Source: an uncultured Candidatus Saccharibacteria bacterium | Lineage (GTDB): Bacteria > Patescibacteriota > Minisyncoccia > Phycocordibacterales > CAIRYW01 | Length of the DNA stretch: 64,000 bases | Assembly: GCA_964386665.1 (NCBI GenBank) | Contig: CAYLQP010000005.1 | Span: 177 to 64,176 of the forward strand | Direction of reading: 5' to 3' | Shown here: positions 21,001 through 30,970 of the stretch, piece by piece | Position numbering within the stretch: position 1 is the first letter of the stretch | Layout: each line of letters begins with the position of its first letter | The notes under the pieces: model-generated | The model's input: the letters and a program-made list of their open reading frames with translations, nothing else | Told to the model about the DNA's origin: nothing | The model's database searches: none | Program-made: the position numbers and the translations under genes

Positions 21001-22278
21001 TTAAAAATTAAGTAATTTCAAAAACTGAGCTTCTTTTTCAAATGAACCAACAAGCGCAAGGTTCGCAGTCTCTGAAACAAAAATCTTTTGAGCTATCTTT
21101 TGGATATCTTTTGCTGTAATAGCACGAATGAGTTTTTCTTTTTCTTGTGGTGTCTTGATTTTTTGACCCATCAAATCCTGAAACGCATAAAAATCTGCGT
21201 ATGCATCTGATGTTTCAAGTCCAAGATACATATTTCCCACCAACACCTCCTTAGCTTTTTCGAGCTCTTCTTTAGACACAAGGTGTGTTTTGAGTTTTTT
21301 TACTTCTTCGATAATAGCTTTGAGCCCTTCTTCAACTCGCCCTTTTGATAGGCCACTTGCAATTGCAAAGTATCCCCTATCCAAATACGTTGAATTCGAA
21401 GCACGCACATAGTAACAAATCCCCATTTCATCTCGAAGTTTTTTAAACAACCGCGAACTCATTCCGTGTCCAAGTACCGATTCAAGAACTTTTATTTTCA
21501 TATTGTCTTTGTGACTGATTGGAAACGTTCGAAACCCGAGTACAACGTGAGCTTGGTCAGTTGGTTTTTGAAATATTTTGACTTGTGGTTTTTGTTGAGC
21601 TTCTTTTGTTTTTACCTTTGTATGTTTTTTTTCTTTTGAAATATCTTTGAACTTGTCGGTAATGAGTTTGAGCGTCTTCTTTTCATCAAAGGCACCAGAC
21701 ACAACAACAACAGTTCCCTTTGCAACATAATGCTTCTTTTGATAATCACGAATATCCTTTGCAGTAATAGATCGAACAACTTTTTCGTTCCCGATGATAG
21801 GCCAACCTGCCGGTTGATCTCCGTAGAGAAGCGCTTCAAATACTTCTCCTACTTTTGCTTGTGGCATATCTTCATACATTTTCATTTCTTCAATCACTAC
21901 CCCCTTCTCTCGTTCCATTGCATCAGTATCAAGTGTTGGATGTTGATAAATATCAGAAACGATATCAACAAGTGTATCAATATGTTTTTTGTGAGCCTTG
22001 GCAAAGTACCCTGTGTACTCTTCTCCAGTGAATGCATTTGAAGTTGCACCAATACTATCAAGTTCGCGTGATACATCCCCTGTATGAGGACGACTCGTTG
22101 TTCCCTGAAAACACATATGCTCAAGGAAATGTGATAGACCGTTTATTTCTTTTGTTTCATAATCACTTCCAGCCGATACAAGCACCATCACTGTTACCGC
22201 CTCGCTTGATTTAACTGGTACAGTAATAATTCGAAGTCCGTTTGAAAGAGTGGTTTTTTTGTAATTCATAAATATCAA
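21001..22278 (-). CDS. M16-family zinc metallopeptidase (insulinase-like)
   Basis: Inverted zinc-binding motif HFLEHMCFQGT (HxxEH). Two-domain M16 length, 425 aa. Confidence 0.85.
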   Translation of the reverse strand: MIFMNYKKTTLSNGLRIITVPVKSSEAVTVMVLVSAGSDYETKEINGLSHFLEHMCFQGTTSRPHTGDVSRELDSIGATSNAFTGEEYTGYFAKAHKKHIDTLVDIVSDIYQHPTLDTDAMEREKGVVIEEMKMYEDMPQAKVGEVFEALLYGDQPAGWPIIGNEKVVRSITAKDIRDYQKKHYVAKGTVVVVSGAFDEKKTLKLITDKFKDISKEKKHTKVKTKEAQQKPQVKIFQKPTDQAHVVLGFRTFPISHKDNMKIKVLESVLGHGMSSRLFKKLRDEMGICYYVRASNSTYLDRGYFAIASGLSKGRVEEGLKAIIEEVKKLKTHLVSKEELEKAKEVLVGNMYLGLETSDAYADFYAFQDLMGQKIKTPQEKEKLIRAITAKDIQKIAQKIFVSETANLALVGSFEKEAQFLKLLNF

Positions 22279-22325
22279 AAAAAGAATAAAGAGTAATGAC
22301 GCTGATTATATCAGAAATAAGAGAT

Positions 22326-22358
22326 AAAAAAAGCCGTTTGCGCAAGCGCAAACGGCAG
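22326..22358. terminator. Hairpin terminator (gccgtttgcgcaagcgcaaacggc)
   Basis: 12-bp perfect stem. Confidence 0.55.
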
Positions 22359-22362
22359 ACAG

Positions 22363-22728
22363 TCAACCACGGTTGGCGAGATGAACCGCACCAATAATAC
22401 TCCCTCCCACAACGAATTCAATAATTCTCCAGTGATCCCGACCGTTCACAAACACAGTGAACCCTTGTCGTTTCGACAACCTAGAAATTTTTGGTAAAAG
22501 AGTCTTCCAATCTGTAGTGACTCTCAAAGGAATGTGACAATTAGATCCTGTAGGATTTTTTGCAATTTTCCAAGTACCCACCCTATTAAGGGTCCATAAA
22601 TGAGTTTCAGATCCAGGTTGATTTTTAGTCTTGCCTCCAAATAATGAGCGGAGTATCTTGACAAACGCACCCGGGTTTGTAGATTGTACTATCCCGAGAT
22701 AGATATCCTGAAGTACTGTGATTTTCAT
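22363..22728 (-). CDS. Hypothetical protein, paralogue A (121 aa)
   Basis: Shares FxK(I/V)L...FGG...(H/R)LWT(L/I)...IG(A/T)VHL motifs with the adjacent ORF. Confidence 0.45.
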   Translation of the reverse strand: MKITVLQDIYLGIVQSTNPGAFVKILRSLFGGKTKNQPGSETHLWTLNRVGTWKIAKNPTGSNCHIPLRVTTDWKTLLPKISRLSKRQGFTVFVNGRDHWRIIEFVVGGSIIGAVHLANRG

Positions 22729-22842
22729 GTTGTAAATAGCATTAGTGCCACACCGAAGTCTATCTCAAAATACAAAAAACACAACTCTGACAGCTTAATA
22801 CTTCTTATGTTGCCAATAAAAAAGCCTTGCTAACACGCAAGA

Positions 22843-23232
22843 CTAAGTTTCACAAAAATCTGAGCCGACCAAATGGACAGTGCCAATATGTCGATTAGAC
22901 CCTATCTTAAAAAACTCAACTAGCACCTGCCCTCTTTGTTCCTTCTCCGATGGACCAAAAGGATGAGATTCAAATCTGATCCAAGTACCAATGAGTTTTT
23001 CTTTCAACGAAGCGAGCAACTGCTCCACTGGTTCATCAATCCATCTGGAGATTGCCTCTCCAGTGAAGGCGTCGTATTGAATCAGATAAGTTTCGTTACC
23101 AATGGTCCAGAGACGGTGATCGTGCTCGATTTCAGTCACTTCACCTCCAAACATAATCTGGAGCACCTTTGCAAATTCAGGTGCAGAAAAATGGGAAGAG
23201 ACCATCGCTGTGTGGAAAGGACGTGAGTTCAT
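22843..23232 (-). CDS. Hypothetical protein, paralogue B (129 aa)
   Basis: Tandem paralogue of 22363..22728, with the same conserved motif order. Confidence 0.45.
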   Translation of the reverse strand: MNSRPFHTAMVSSHFSAPEFAKVLQIMFGGEVTEIEHDHRLWTIGNETYLIQYDAFTGEAISRWIDEPVEQLLASLKEKLIGTWIRFESHPFGPSEKEQRGQVLVEFFKIGSNRHIGTVHLVGSDFCET

Positions 23233-23270
23233 TAGCTATTAAATTAACATTACATAATCAAAAACACAAA

Positions 23271-23295
23271 CCCCCGCAAGCTTCGCTTGCGGGGG
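23271..23295. repeat. 25-nt GC-rich hairpin (cccccgcaagc-ttc-gcttgcggggg), copy 1
   Basis: Perfect 11-bp stem. The exact reverse complement recurs at 26321-26345, on the other side of the 1005-aa gene. Confidence 0.8.
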
Positions 23296-23311
23296 GGGGT
23301 TGTAGAAACAA

Positions 23312-26284
23312 CTAATTAAACAATGCCATCACCGCATCCCAAATATTCGCAAAAAATCCTTGTTGTTTTTTGACCATTGGATTTGATGCTGCAATACTTA
23401 ATCCAATTGAATTACTTTGTCCAAGCGGTCCGTTGAGGCTCATACGATAGTCTCCCTCCAACAAACCATAGTCAATTGGCCTGAAACTAAAATAATTACT
23501 ACTATAAGCAAGTTGTGTCACTGGTATAGTTTTTTGTACATTAGTATTAGTTTGTGAAATAGTTACTATATCTGCTCCATTAATTCGCTCTCCATTTACT
23601 ACAACAGTCTCTTCAAATGCAAAAGGCTCTTTACGTGATTCAAAGAGATAAGGAGATTTTTCACCAACAATCACAACCTCATTACTTACTAAAGGATTTT
23701 GCACAGTCTCTCTTATATCCCTCTGTGTTTCATCAAATCCATACAACGCTTGTAAGTACATATTGTAACGACCGCTAAATAACGCTCTTGTTGGTTGACT
23801 TGCTTTCAATTTCAAATGACCAGTTTGCCCATCTTTCAAACGATATGTATTCCCATTCACTTCAAATCCCTCAGAACTCTCAATCGTTGTGGCAACATAT
23901 CTGATGGTTTCTCCGTATTTCTCTCGATTATCTTTTCGTTCATACAGCGCTTGTCCTGCAAACTTATCAAACAAAACATCACCACCAAGTGCTGATACCA
24001 AGACCTCAAACCTTCCATCAAGAGACACTTCTTGCTTTGATTGGTCAAAAAGAACACTAGCAACAGCAGGTGTTTTTTCTTTTATACTGAACGATATCTT
24101 TTTTGAAGATGTAATATAAAACAGTGGACTATCTCCATACACATTTTTGTCACAAACACTTGAGACTCGAACAAAATATTGTCCATCAGATAAGTGACTA
24201 AGAGGAGTCCAATTGAATCCGTTAATTGCTTGCTCTGCACTTACCTCTTCTTCAATAGTAGACACAAAAGTGTTGTTTGCATCAAACAACTGCACATCAA
24301 ACTGTCCAATATTTGCTGACCCCCATTTCAAAGTAAAGCTTTTGTCACTGTTTGGACTTACAAGAATTCTTTTAAGACTTGGATTGGCAACACACTCAAA
24401 TAAAGAGGAATCTACTATCACTTCTTTTGATTTTAGAACTGGTAAATTCAAGAAGTTATATTCTGCACTCGAACGAAACGTACTCAATGACATTGAGTAA
24501 GCTAGATTTCTCAAAGAATCTCGTTGATCATACCCACGAAGAGTAAAAAACACAGAACCTGTTTGACCCTTTTTTATCAAATAAAAGGCACCCTCATCAG
24601 TAACATCACCTTTTATTCGATCAATACTACCTGGAATATCACTTATAAAAGTATTTTCTATATTTGTATCTGTTTTTCGCACAAACACAGAACCTCTAAA
24701 AGCACCTTGTTTAGGAATCTTCAAGTCTTGTTCAGGTGCTTCAAACTGAACTTGCAGTGGAGTTGCAAGTGAAATATCGTACCTTTCTGAACCTTGATTA
24801 TTAGTAACTTGATATCTGGTTTGTTCTGGAATGACTGTGACTTTTACTTTTGGAGCAGGTAATACATCTTGTTTGCAAAGATTTTGATCAAAATCATTTC
24901 TCATATTTTGATATCCAGCTTCAGTAAAAATAGGACTAAACCGAACGGGTACAAATGGTTGACCAAGACTGTCTGCAAATTCTTTGGTGTTGAAGTATTG
25001 ACCATACTCATAAAAAGAAAGTCTCATATACTTCTTGACAATCAATCTACTTCGATCAGAAACAGGGTTTGGGTATTGATCAATTGCAAAAAGTATCTTG
25101 TATAAGTTTTCATTTTTAGTAAACATTTCACGAGCCACTTTATAATACGCTTTTTGAAATTCAGCTTTTTTTGTTGCATCAAGTCTATCGATCGCATTTA
25201 CCAAAGGATAATATGGCAGAGGGGCTCTGCACTCCGTAAAAGAAAAATCAAAACCATACAATATACTCTTCCATTTATCTGATCCGGTAATCTGTCCGTA
25301 GTCTTCATTATGTAGTACCGAGCGATCTGTATCATTCACCAATGCTGTTACAAGAAAGTGTCGTATAGAATCCTCAGGATTAAAAGTAAGTGTTTTTGAT
25401 TCGTTTTTTGTATTAATAATCGCTACATTATCAAGTCTATTTGAACCTTTATTCCAATCTCCTTGCCACCCAGTATTATCACCATCCTGGATTAATCCGT
25501 CTTCAAGACCAAATTGTCGTACAAAAGGTTGCGCATCATCCAGCTCGTTGTCTCGTTGCATAAACATATAAGAATACTCTTTGTTAAGGTAAGCTTGGTC
25601 AGTATTGAGCATTTTGAGTTTAGCGAACGCAACCGGTTCAACAGAAGGTACACCAAGAAGTCTCATTGTTCGGTATACAACATACTCTCGAAACTGTGGT
25701 GTAAGCGCTCCCTTTAGACCAAAGAAAGGAGAATGACTGAGCGCATCATTAAATGCATCACAGTTTTCAACCACTCTTACCTTTTGGTATAAAGAAGACG
25801 TCTGTGAACCAAAGGTTGATATACCTGGGAAAAGTGGTTTTGGATTACCTTTTGAATCAAACTTATCGAACGACATATTAAACATTGGCGGTTTACATCC
25901 ATTTCGGGCGTGTCCCTTCTTTTCTATATCAACTTTCCAATCATCAAGTTTTTGTCCTGCTGGAGTATATTCAGTAAGTTTTGAATCAGTGTCCCCTGTT
26001 GAATTATCAATAGAAAACCCCTTCATATCGAGGGTAAATATTCGCTGTGGTAGTTTAGCGATCGCATAATTATTTACAGAAGCAGATTTGTTAGTAAGTA
26101 TCCAATAGTCATACGCATCAATCACTCCATCTTTATCAACATCATACGGCCTAAATGGCCCCGCTGTTTTTGCAAAGACAGAACTCGTGAGGACAAAAGC
26201 AAAGATAATGATAAGAGAAACAATGATTTTATTTTCAGTTTTGAGCACGTGAATAAAATCTTTATATATTTTTTTGGTATTCAT
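23312..26284 (-). CDS. Large secreted/anchored protein with an N-terminal dockerin-like Ca-binding motif
   Basis: N-terminal TM/signal segment. DVDKDGVIDAYDYWIL (dockerin/EF-hand-like). ~990 aa with no other recognised domain. The start is placed at MNTKKIYKD... Confidence 0.55.
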   Translation of the reverse strand: MNTKKIYKDFIHVLKTENKIIVSLIIIFAFVLTSSVFAKTAGPFRPYDVDKDGVIDAYDYWILTNKSASVNNYAIAKLPQRIFTLDMKGFSIDNSTGDTDSKLTEYTPAGQKLDDWKVDIEKKGHARNGCKPPMFNMSFDKFDSKGNPKPLFPGISTFGSQTSSLYQKVRVVENCDAFNDALSHSPFFGLKGALTPQFREYVVYRTMRLLGVPSVEPVAFAKLKMLNTDQAYLNKEYSYMFMQRDNELDDAQPFVRQFGLEDGLIQDGDNTGWQGDWNKGSNRLDNVAIINTKNESKTLTFNPEDSIRHFLVTALVNDTDRSVLHNEDYGQITGSDKWKSILYGFDFSFTECRAPLPYYPLVNAIDRLDATKKAEFQKAYYKVAREMFTKNENLYKILFAIDQYPNPVSDRSRLIVKKYMRLSFYEYGQYFNTKEFADSLGQPFVPVRFSPIFTEAGYQNMRNDFDQNLCKQDVLPAPKVKVTVIPEQTRYQVTNNQGSERYDISLATPLQVQFEAPEQDLKIPKQGAFRGSVFVRKTDTNIENTFISDIPGSIDRIKGDVTDEGAFYLIKKGQTGSVFFTLRGYDQRDSLRNLAYSMSLSTFRSSAEYNFLNLPVLKSKEVIVDSSLFECVANPSLKRILVSPNSDKSFTLKWGSANIGQFDVQLFDANNTFVSTIEEEVSAEQAINGFNWTPLSHLSDGQYFVRVSSVCDKNVYGDSPLFYITSSKKISFSIKEKTPAVASVLFDQSKQEVSLDGRFEVLVSALGGDVLFDKFAGQALYERKDNREKYGETIRYVATTIESSEGFEVNGNTYRLKDGQTGHLKLKASQPTRALFSGRYNMYLQALYGFDETQRDIRETVQNPLVSNEVVIVGEKSPYLFESRKEPFAFEETVVVNGERINGADIVTISQTNTNVQKTIPVTQLAYSSNYFSFRPIDYGLLEGDYRMSLNGPLGQSNSIGLSIAASNPMVKKQQGFFANIWDAVMALFN

Positions 26285-26320
26285 TAAAATAATTGTATAC
26301 CTAAATATAGAAATACAAAA

Positions 26321-26345
26321 CCCCCGCAAGCGAAGCTTGCGGGGG
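26321..26345. repeat. 25-nt GC-rich hairpin (cccccgcaagc-gaa-gcttgcggggg), copy 2 (inverted)
   Basis: Exact reverse complement of the hairpin at 23271-23295. Confidence 0.8.
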
Positions 26346-26453
26346 TTTGCTTCCTCAAAGAAAACAATTTTAAAATTACGTTCTTAGTTGGAGGGAGCTT
26401 GTGACGCTGCTCCCATTCGCGCCGAAGTGTTGAGTACACTTCGGAGAAACTCG

Positions 26454-26969
26454 TTAGACCTTCTGTTTCGGATCACCATGTATCTGTGGAGTCAGGATGA
26501 TTTTAACCTTATCCTCAAATGGTGGAGGTGGTACATTTGCAGGAGGAAGCGTAAATCTCCCCCGCTTATTAAGTGTCAAACCAACAAGCTCTGGAAAATG
26601 CCTCAGGTATTCCTCCATAGAGATGCTGGCAGTAGGTTTGTACTTCCCCCAAGTGATACAAAGCAGCATAATGTGTGTTGCCACACAAAACAGAGCTAAG
26701 ACCCCTAACGGACCAAGTCTCCAAAGATTCATGAATTCAGTAGCCTCTCGAGAAAATGAGTGGCCCCAAACTTTTGAATCCCCCTCACTGGATACCTCAA
26801 AGAGGATTCCAAATGAGACAGAGAAAATCAGCACGGAGAGTGAGGCGATTATTCCAATCATTGAAACAGTCATCGCACACCGGCGAAGATTGTTTGAAAG
26901 GCAGGCCGAGCCAAACAGAACAGTGAGCACGAGGCTCACCCCGACATAACCAAGCTGAACAGTGTTCAT
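26454..26969 (-). CDS. Hypothetical 4-TM membrane protein in a compositionally atypical (~48% GC) segment
   Basis: 171 aa with hydrophobic helices. The surrounding 26380-27050 is GC-enriched and has overlapping ORFs in other frames. Confidence 0.35.
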   Translation of the reverse strand: MNTVQLGYVGVSLVLTVLFGSACLSNNLRRCAMTVSMIGIIASLSVLIFSVSFGILFEVSSEGDSKVWGHSFSREATEFMNLWRLGPLGVLALFCVATHIMLLCITWGKYKPTASISMEEYLRHFPELVGLTLNKRGRFTLPPANVPPPPFEDKVKIILTPQIHGDPKQKV

Positions 26970-27056
26970 AGATGTTGTAATTTCAGGTTGAAAACACTCC
27001 AGAGAGACCGGCAGGTTTGCCAGCTGTCAAAGAGCATTTGTTCCTATTTTATCACA

Positions 27057-28394
27057 TTAAAGGCTATTTGTCAACTCATCAATTGACACTCTTTTTTGCT
27101 CTCCTGTGTCTCTGTCTCGCACAGTTACTGTATTGTTTTCTAAGGTGTCAAAGTCGATAGTGACACAGTGTGGTGTTCCTACTTCGTCTTGTCTTCGATA
27201 TCGCTTCCCTATGGTTCCTGATTCGTCATAAAGCACATTGCCAAACTGCTTTTTAAGCATACTGAACACTTCTCGAGACTTCTTCACGAGTTCTTCTCGG
27301 TTCTTGAGAAGTGGCAAAACAGCAACACGAATCGGAGCGACGTTTTTGTGGAACTTGAGATATACTCTCTCTTCTCCACCCATCTCGTCTTCGGTATAGG
27401 CATCAGAAAGGATTGCAAGGAGTGTGCGTCCTACTCCAAATGAAGGTTCAATTACGTGTGGAATGAACCTCTCTTTTGCCTCTTCATCAAAGTATGAAAG
27501 ATCTGTTTTTGATGCTTCGCTATGAGCCTTGAGATCAAAATCAGTTCGATATGCAAGTCCGTAAAGCTCTTTTTTACCAAACGGAAAATCAAATTCGAAA
27601 TCAATCGTCCGCTTCGAGTAGTGTGCTCGATCTGCGTCCCCTACTTCAAGCTCGTGGATATGTTCTTCTCTCAGTCCTATGTCTTTTGTAAATTCCCACA
27701 CTTCTTTTCTAAAATTTTCAAACGTCTCTTCCCAGTCTTTTGGATTTATGAAGTATTCTATTTCCATTTGTTCAAGCTCTCTAACTCGGAAGATAAAGTC
27801 TCGTGGAGCGATTTCGTTTCGAAATGCTTTTCCTATTTGTGCCATTCCAAACGGAAGTTTGGGATGGATAGAATCCATTACGTTTTTGAAGTTTACAAAC
27901 ATCCCCCCTGCGGTTTCTGGTCGTAGATACGAAACAGAAGAATCATCAGCGATAGCACCAATATGTGTTTGAAGCATCATATTGAATTGCCGAACATCAC
28001 CAAGAGGATTACCTTCGGGGCTTTTGATACCGTTTTCTTTTATGGCTTGATCCATTGCATCAAGACTCATTCCTTTGGGATCAATGTGTGCTTCTTCAAG
28101 GAGATGATCCGCACGATATCGTTTTTTTGTTTTGAGATCTTCAACTAATGGATCAGAAAATCCTGCAACGTGCCCACTCGCCTTCCATACGTTTTGGTTC
28201 ATAAGGATAGCAGCATCTATTCCATACATATCTTCTCGATCAGTCACAAATCGCTTCCACCACACATTTTCTATATTTTTTTTCAAGGCAACTCCAAGTG
28301 GTCCGTAGTCCCATGTTCCTGCAAGTCCTCCGTAGATTTCTGAACCTTGAAAGATAAACCCTCGTCTTTTGCAAAGGCTTATTATCTTTTCCAT
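27057..28394 (-). CDS. glyQS: Glycine--tRNA ligase (class II, alpha2 GlyQS type)
   Basis: N-terminus RRGFIFQGSEIYGGLAGTWDYGPLG; class II motifs; C-terminal anticodon-binding domain. The start is placed at the internal Met MEKIISLCKRRGF. Confidence 0.9.
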   Translation of the reverse strand: MEKIISLCKRRGFIFQGSEIYGGLAGTWDYGPLGVALKKNIENVWWKRFVTDREDMYGIDAAILMNQNVWKASGHVAGFSDPLVEDLKTKKRYRADHLLEEAHIDPKGMSLDAMDQAIKENGIKSPEGNPLGDVRQFNMMLQTHIGAIADDSSVSYLRPETAGGMFVNFKNVMDSIHPKLPFGMAQIGKAFRNEIAPRDFIFRVRELEQMEIEYFINPKDWEETFENFRKEVWEFTKDIGLREEHIHELEVGDADRAHYSKRTIDFEFDFPFGKKELYGLAYRTDFDLKAHSEASKTDLSYFDEEAKERFIPHVIEPSFGVGRTLLAILSDAYTEDEMGGEERVYLKFHKNVAPIRVAVLPLLKNREELVKKSREVFSMLKKQFGNVLYDESGTIGKRYRRQDEVGTPHCVTIDFDTLENNTVTVRDRDTGEQKRVSIDELTNSL

Positions 28395-28425
28395 TTTGTT
28401 TTCTTTGTTTTCCATAATGTATGTT

Positions 28426-30330
28426 TTATTTTGAGACCTTGTCTTTTCCAAATTCGAAGTTGGCTTCAGTTGGCACAGAAATAGTTGCTGGAATATTGAT
28501 CAATTTCAAGTCTGTCCCTGCAAATGTATCACGAGCTGAAAAAGTTGCAAGGTTGACGATGTCAGGTGCTTGTCCCACTTGTCCGAGACTTGGTGTAACA
28601 CCAAGCTTAAATGTCACCTTACGAAACGACCCTGCGGTTCCTCCCCCTGGGAGCACTTTGCCTATATCCCATATAATCTTTCGGGAATCTGGACTGTAAA
28701 TAATCTTTTCTGATGTCGGAGTTGTTTGCCCAAGCCAGTTCACATACGCAGGAAGTGTTGCTTCAATCTTGCTTTCTTCAAGAATGTTAAGTGAATTAGT
28801 CAACGTCCATGTGACTGCAAACTCAGTTGTGGTTTCAACCTTTGGTGGATAGGGACCGCTGTTTTTAAATGGACCTTCGAAATGGTTCACAATAGTGTTG
28901 AACCGTGCATCGCTTTGGATCTGAACTTTTTTGGTGATGGTTGATTTGATTATTTCTGGAACATTATCTTCTGAAAGTCGCTTCCCCGAAACGGTAATAT
29001 CAACTAACACTTCTTGGTTCTTAAGACCTGTTGCGTTCTTGGAGAAAGCGCTTAAAAGCGAATAGTTGAAGAAGACACTGTTTGATTTGCCTGATGCGAT
29101 AGAAGTAAGTTTTGGTGACTCAACATTTGTCCACACAAGCGTATCTGTACTTGCTCGATAGAATCCGCCGTCCGCGGCAACTGATTCTTTCATTATCATA
29201 TCGCCTTTGAGTTTTGCAACGATTTCAACATCGGTAACAGGGACCGCTAAGTTGTTTTGAAATGTGATTACATTGTCTACTGATTTTCCTGATTTGATTG
29301 ATTGTTCTCCTCTATCGACTGCAAGCCCAATACTGATAAAAGGTTTTTTGAGCATAATTGACTCTGCAAGATTTACAAATGGTTTGTCGATGACTGTTTC
29401 GTTTTTGGTGTCTTTGCCTCCGATTGTAAACCTAAATGTTTTTTCTTCATCTTCTGATCCTGTCAACATCCCTACTATTTTTATTTTTCGCTCCCCTTTG
29501 GGTTCAATATCTCCAAGGTTCCAAACTGACGTGTTAGTAAGTGCAACAGGAGTTGCAGACTTGAGCTCAAATCCAGCTGGGAATTGAGCTTGTAGCAACA
29601 AATCTTTTACTACTTCATTTGAGTTAGATGTGACAGTGACGTTTAAAACCAAGTCTTGATCTGCGTTTATTTCTTTGAGCATATCAACCTTTAAAGCAAC
29701 TGGCGAAGAACCAATGACAACATTATAAAGACCATCGTATGTGAATACCCCTCCTGAATTTTCGAGTCGGTATTCGAGCATATACTTTATTTCTGGACGA
29801 CTTCCCTCCTCATCAAAGACAAGTGCGTTGGTTTCCTTACGTACTGTTTGATGTGGTGCAATCGTACCAACCGGTATTCGTTCTCGTAGCAGATCAGATG
29901 TTTTATCGATTGGGTTTTTGGTACCTTTTGGATATTCAAGAAGCAAATCAGCAAGGATAAGTGGCGTATCGTTGTTGTTAGTGATTGTAATATCAAGTGG
30001 GAGAGGTTCTCCCGCGGCAACTGATACAGGACCAGTAATTGCAACCGCAATATTACTTGAAGAAATTACGTTGTCCCCCTTGAAATAAATAAAAGAAGCA
30101 AACAAGACTGAACCAACAAAGAAAACTGCCGAAACCATTAAAACAATCATAGAAAACCTTTTTGGGTTGGAAGTGTTTTGAGTCACTACCTCTGGTTCTT
30201 CCTCCCACTTTTCTTTCACTCCTGTTGCGTGTTTGTGTAGATCAAGAATCATCGTGTCTGGTAACTTGGCGTTTGGAGAGTAAAGTACTTGTTTCAAATC
30301 TTCTATTTTATTTTCTTCTTCTGTATTCAT
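28426..30330 (-). CDS. Hypothetical membrane-anchored protein with a large extracellular region (634 aa)
   Basis: ~70-aa cytoplasmic N-terminus, one TM helix (FSMIVLMVSAVFFVGSVLFASFIYF), then a long beta-rich extracellular part. Confidence 0.5.
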   Translation of the reverse strand: MNTEEENKIEDLKQVLYSPNAKLPDTMILDLHKHATGVKEKWEEEPEVVTQNTSNPKRFSMIVLMVSAVFFVGSVLFASFIYFKGDNVISSSNIAVAITGPVSVAAGEPLPLDITITNNNDTPLILADLLLEYPKGTKNPIDKTSDLLRERIPVGTIAPHQTVRKETNALVFDEEGSRPEIKYMLEYRLENSGGVFTYDGLYNVVIGSSPVALKVDMLKEINADQDLVLNVTVTSNSNEVVKDLLLQAQFPAGFELKSATPVALTNTSVWNLGDIEPKGERKIKIVGMLTGSEDEEKTFRFTIGGKDTKNETVIDKPFVNLAESIMLKKPFISIGLAVDRGEQSIKSGKSVDNVITFQNNLAVPVTDVEIVAKLKGDMIMKESVAADGGFYRASTDTLVWTNVESPKLTSIASGKSNSVFFNYSLLSAFSKNATGLKNQEVLVDITVSGKRLSEDNVPEIIKSTITKKVQIQSDARFNTIVNHFEGPFKNSGPYPPKVETTTEFAVTWTLTNSLNILEESKIEATLPAYVNWLGQTTPTSEKIIYSPDSRKIIWDIGKVLPGGGTAGSFRKVTFKLGVTPSLGQVGQAPDIVNLATFSARDTFAGTDLKLINIPATISVPTEANFEFGKDKVSK

Positions 30331-30369
30331 ACGATACCTATTATACCAAAAGTTTTAAAAAACAGTGCA

Positions 30370-30942
30370 CTACAACTGACTTTCAGCAAGAGCAAGGTTG
30401 ATGAGTTTTATTAAATGTGGCTTATGTTCAAGCGCTTTGAGTACATCAGCATCAGTGATACTTCCAACAAGCGAGATGTTTTGATCGAACGTCTCCCCAT
30501 ATCCAAGAGCTGCCAAAATCCTCATAGCCCCAATGCATTCGATACATTCGAGAGTTTCTTTGGTGTATATCCGCCGATGTAAAAATACGTGAATTGCCTT
30601 TAGGGTTTCAAAAAGGGTTTCGTTTTTTTCTTCACCTCGGACAAGTTTTTGGATTAACAAAAGTGAGCGCAAGAAACTGGAACGGTTTTCTTTTGTTAGT
30701 TTCATTACTTCACTTGCAACTATATCAGTACCACGATAGATTGATCGTCCTTTTACTACCGTAATAAAACACTTATTTCCTACTTCCAAAAACCCCTTAA
30801 ACTTGGATCCACTATTACGAACCCCAGTAAATAAAACAGAAATAAGTCCGAAATCCTGTGTAAAAAAAGAAACTATCCTGTCGGCCTCTTTTGAATTTCG
30901 AATTGTTACGATAAATGCCTCTGTTGTATATTTTTCGTGCAT
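30370..30942 (-). CDS. recO: RecO-like DNA repair protein (short form, tentative)
   Basis: N-terminal OB-fold-like segment (EAFIVTIRNSKEADRIVSFFTQDFGLISVLFTGVR), 190 aa. Weak. Confidence 0.4.
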   Translation of the reverse strand: MHEKYTTEAFIVTIRNSKEADRIVSFFTQDFGLISVLFTGVRNSGSKFKGFLEVGNKCFITVVKGRSIYRGTDIVASEVMKLTKENRSSFLRSLLLIQKLVRGEEKNETLFETLKAIHVFLHRRIYTKETLECIECIGAMRILAALGYGETFDQNISLVGSITDADVLKALEHKPHLIKLINLALAESQL

Positions 30943-30970
30943 AAATCAAAACCATTAAACAAATGGTGAA

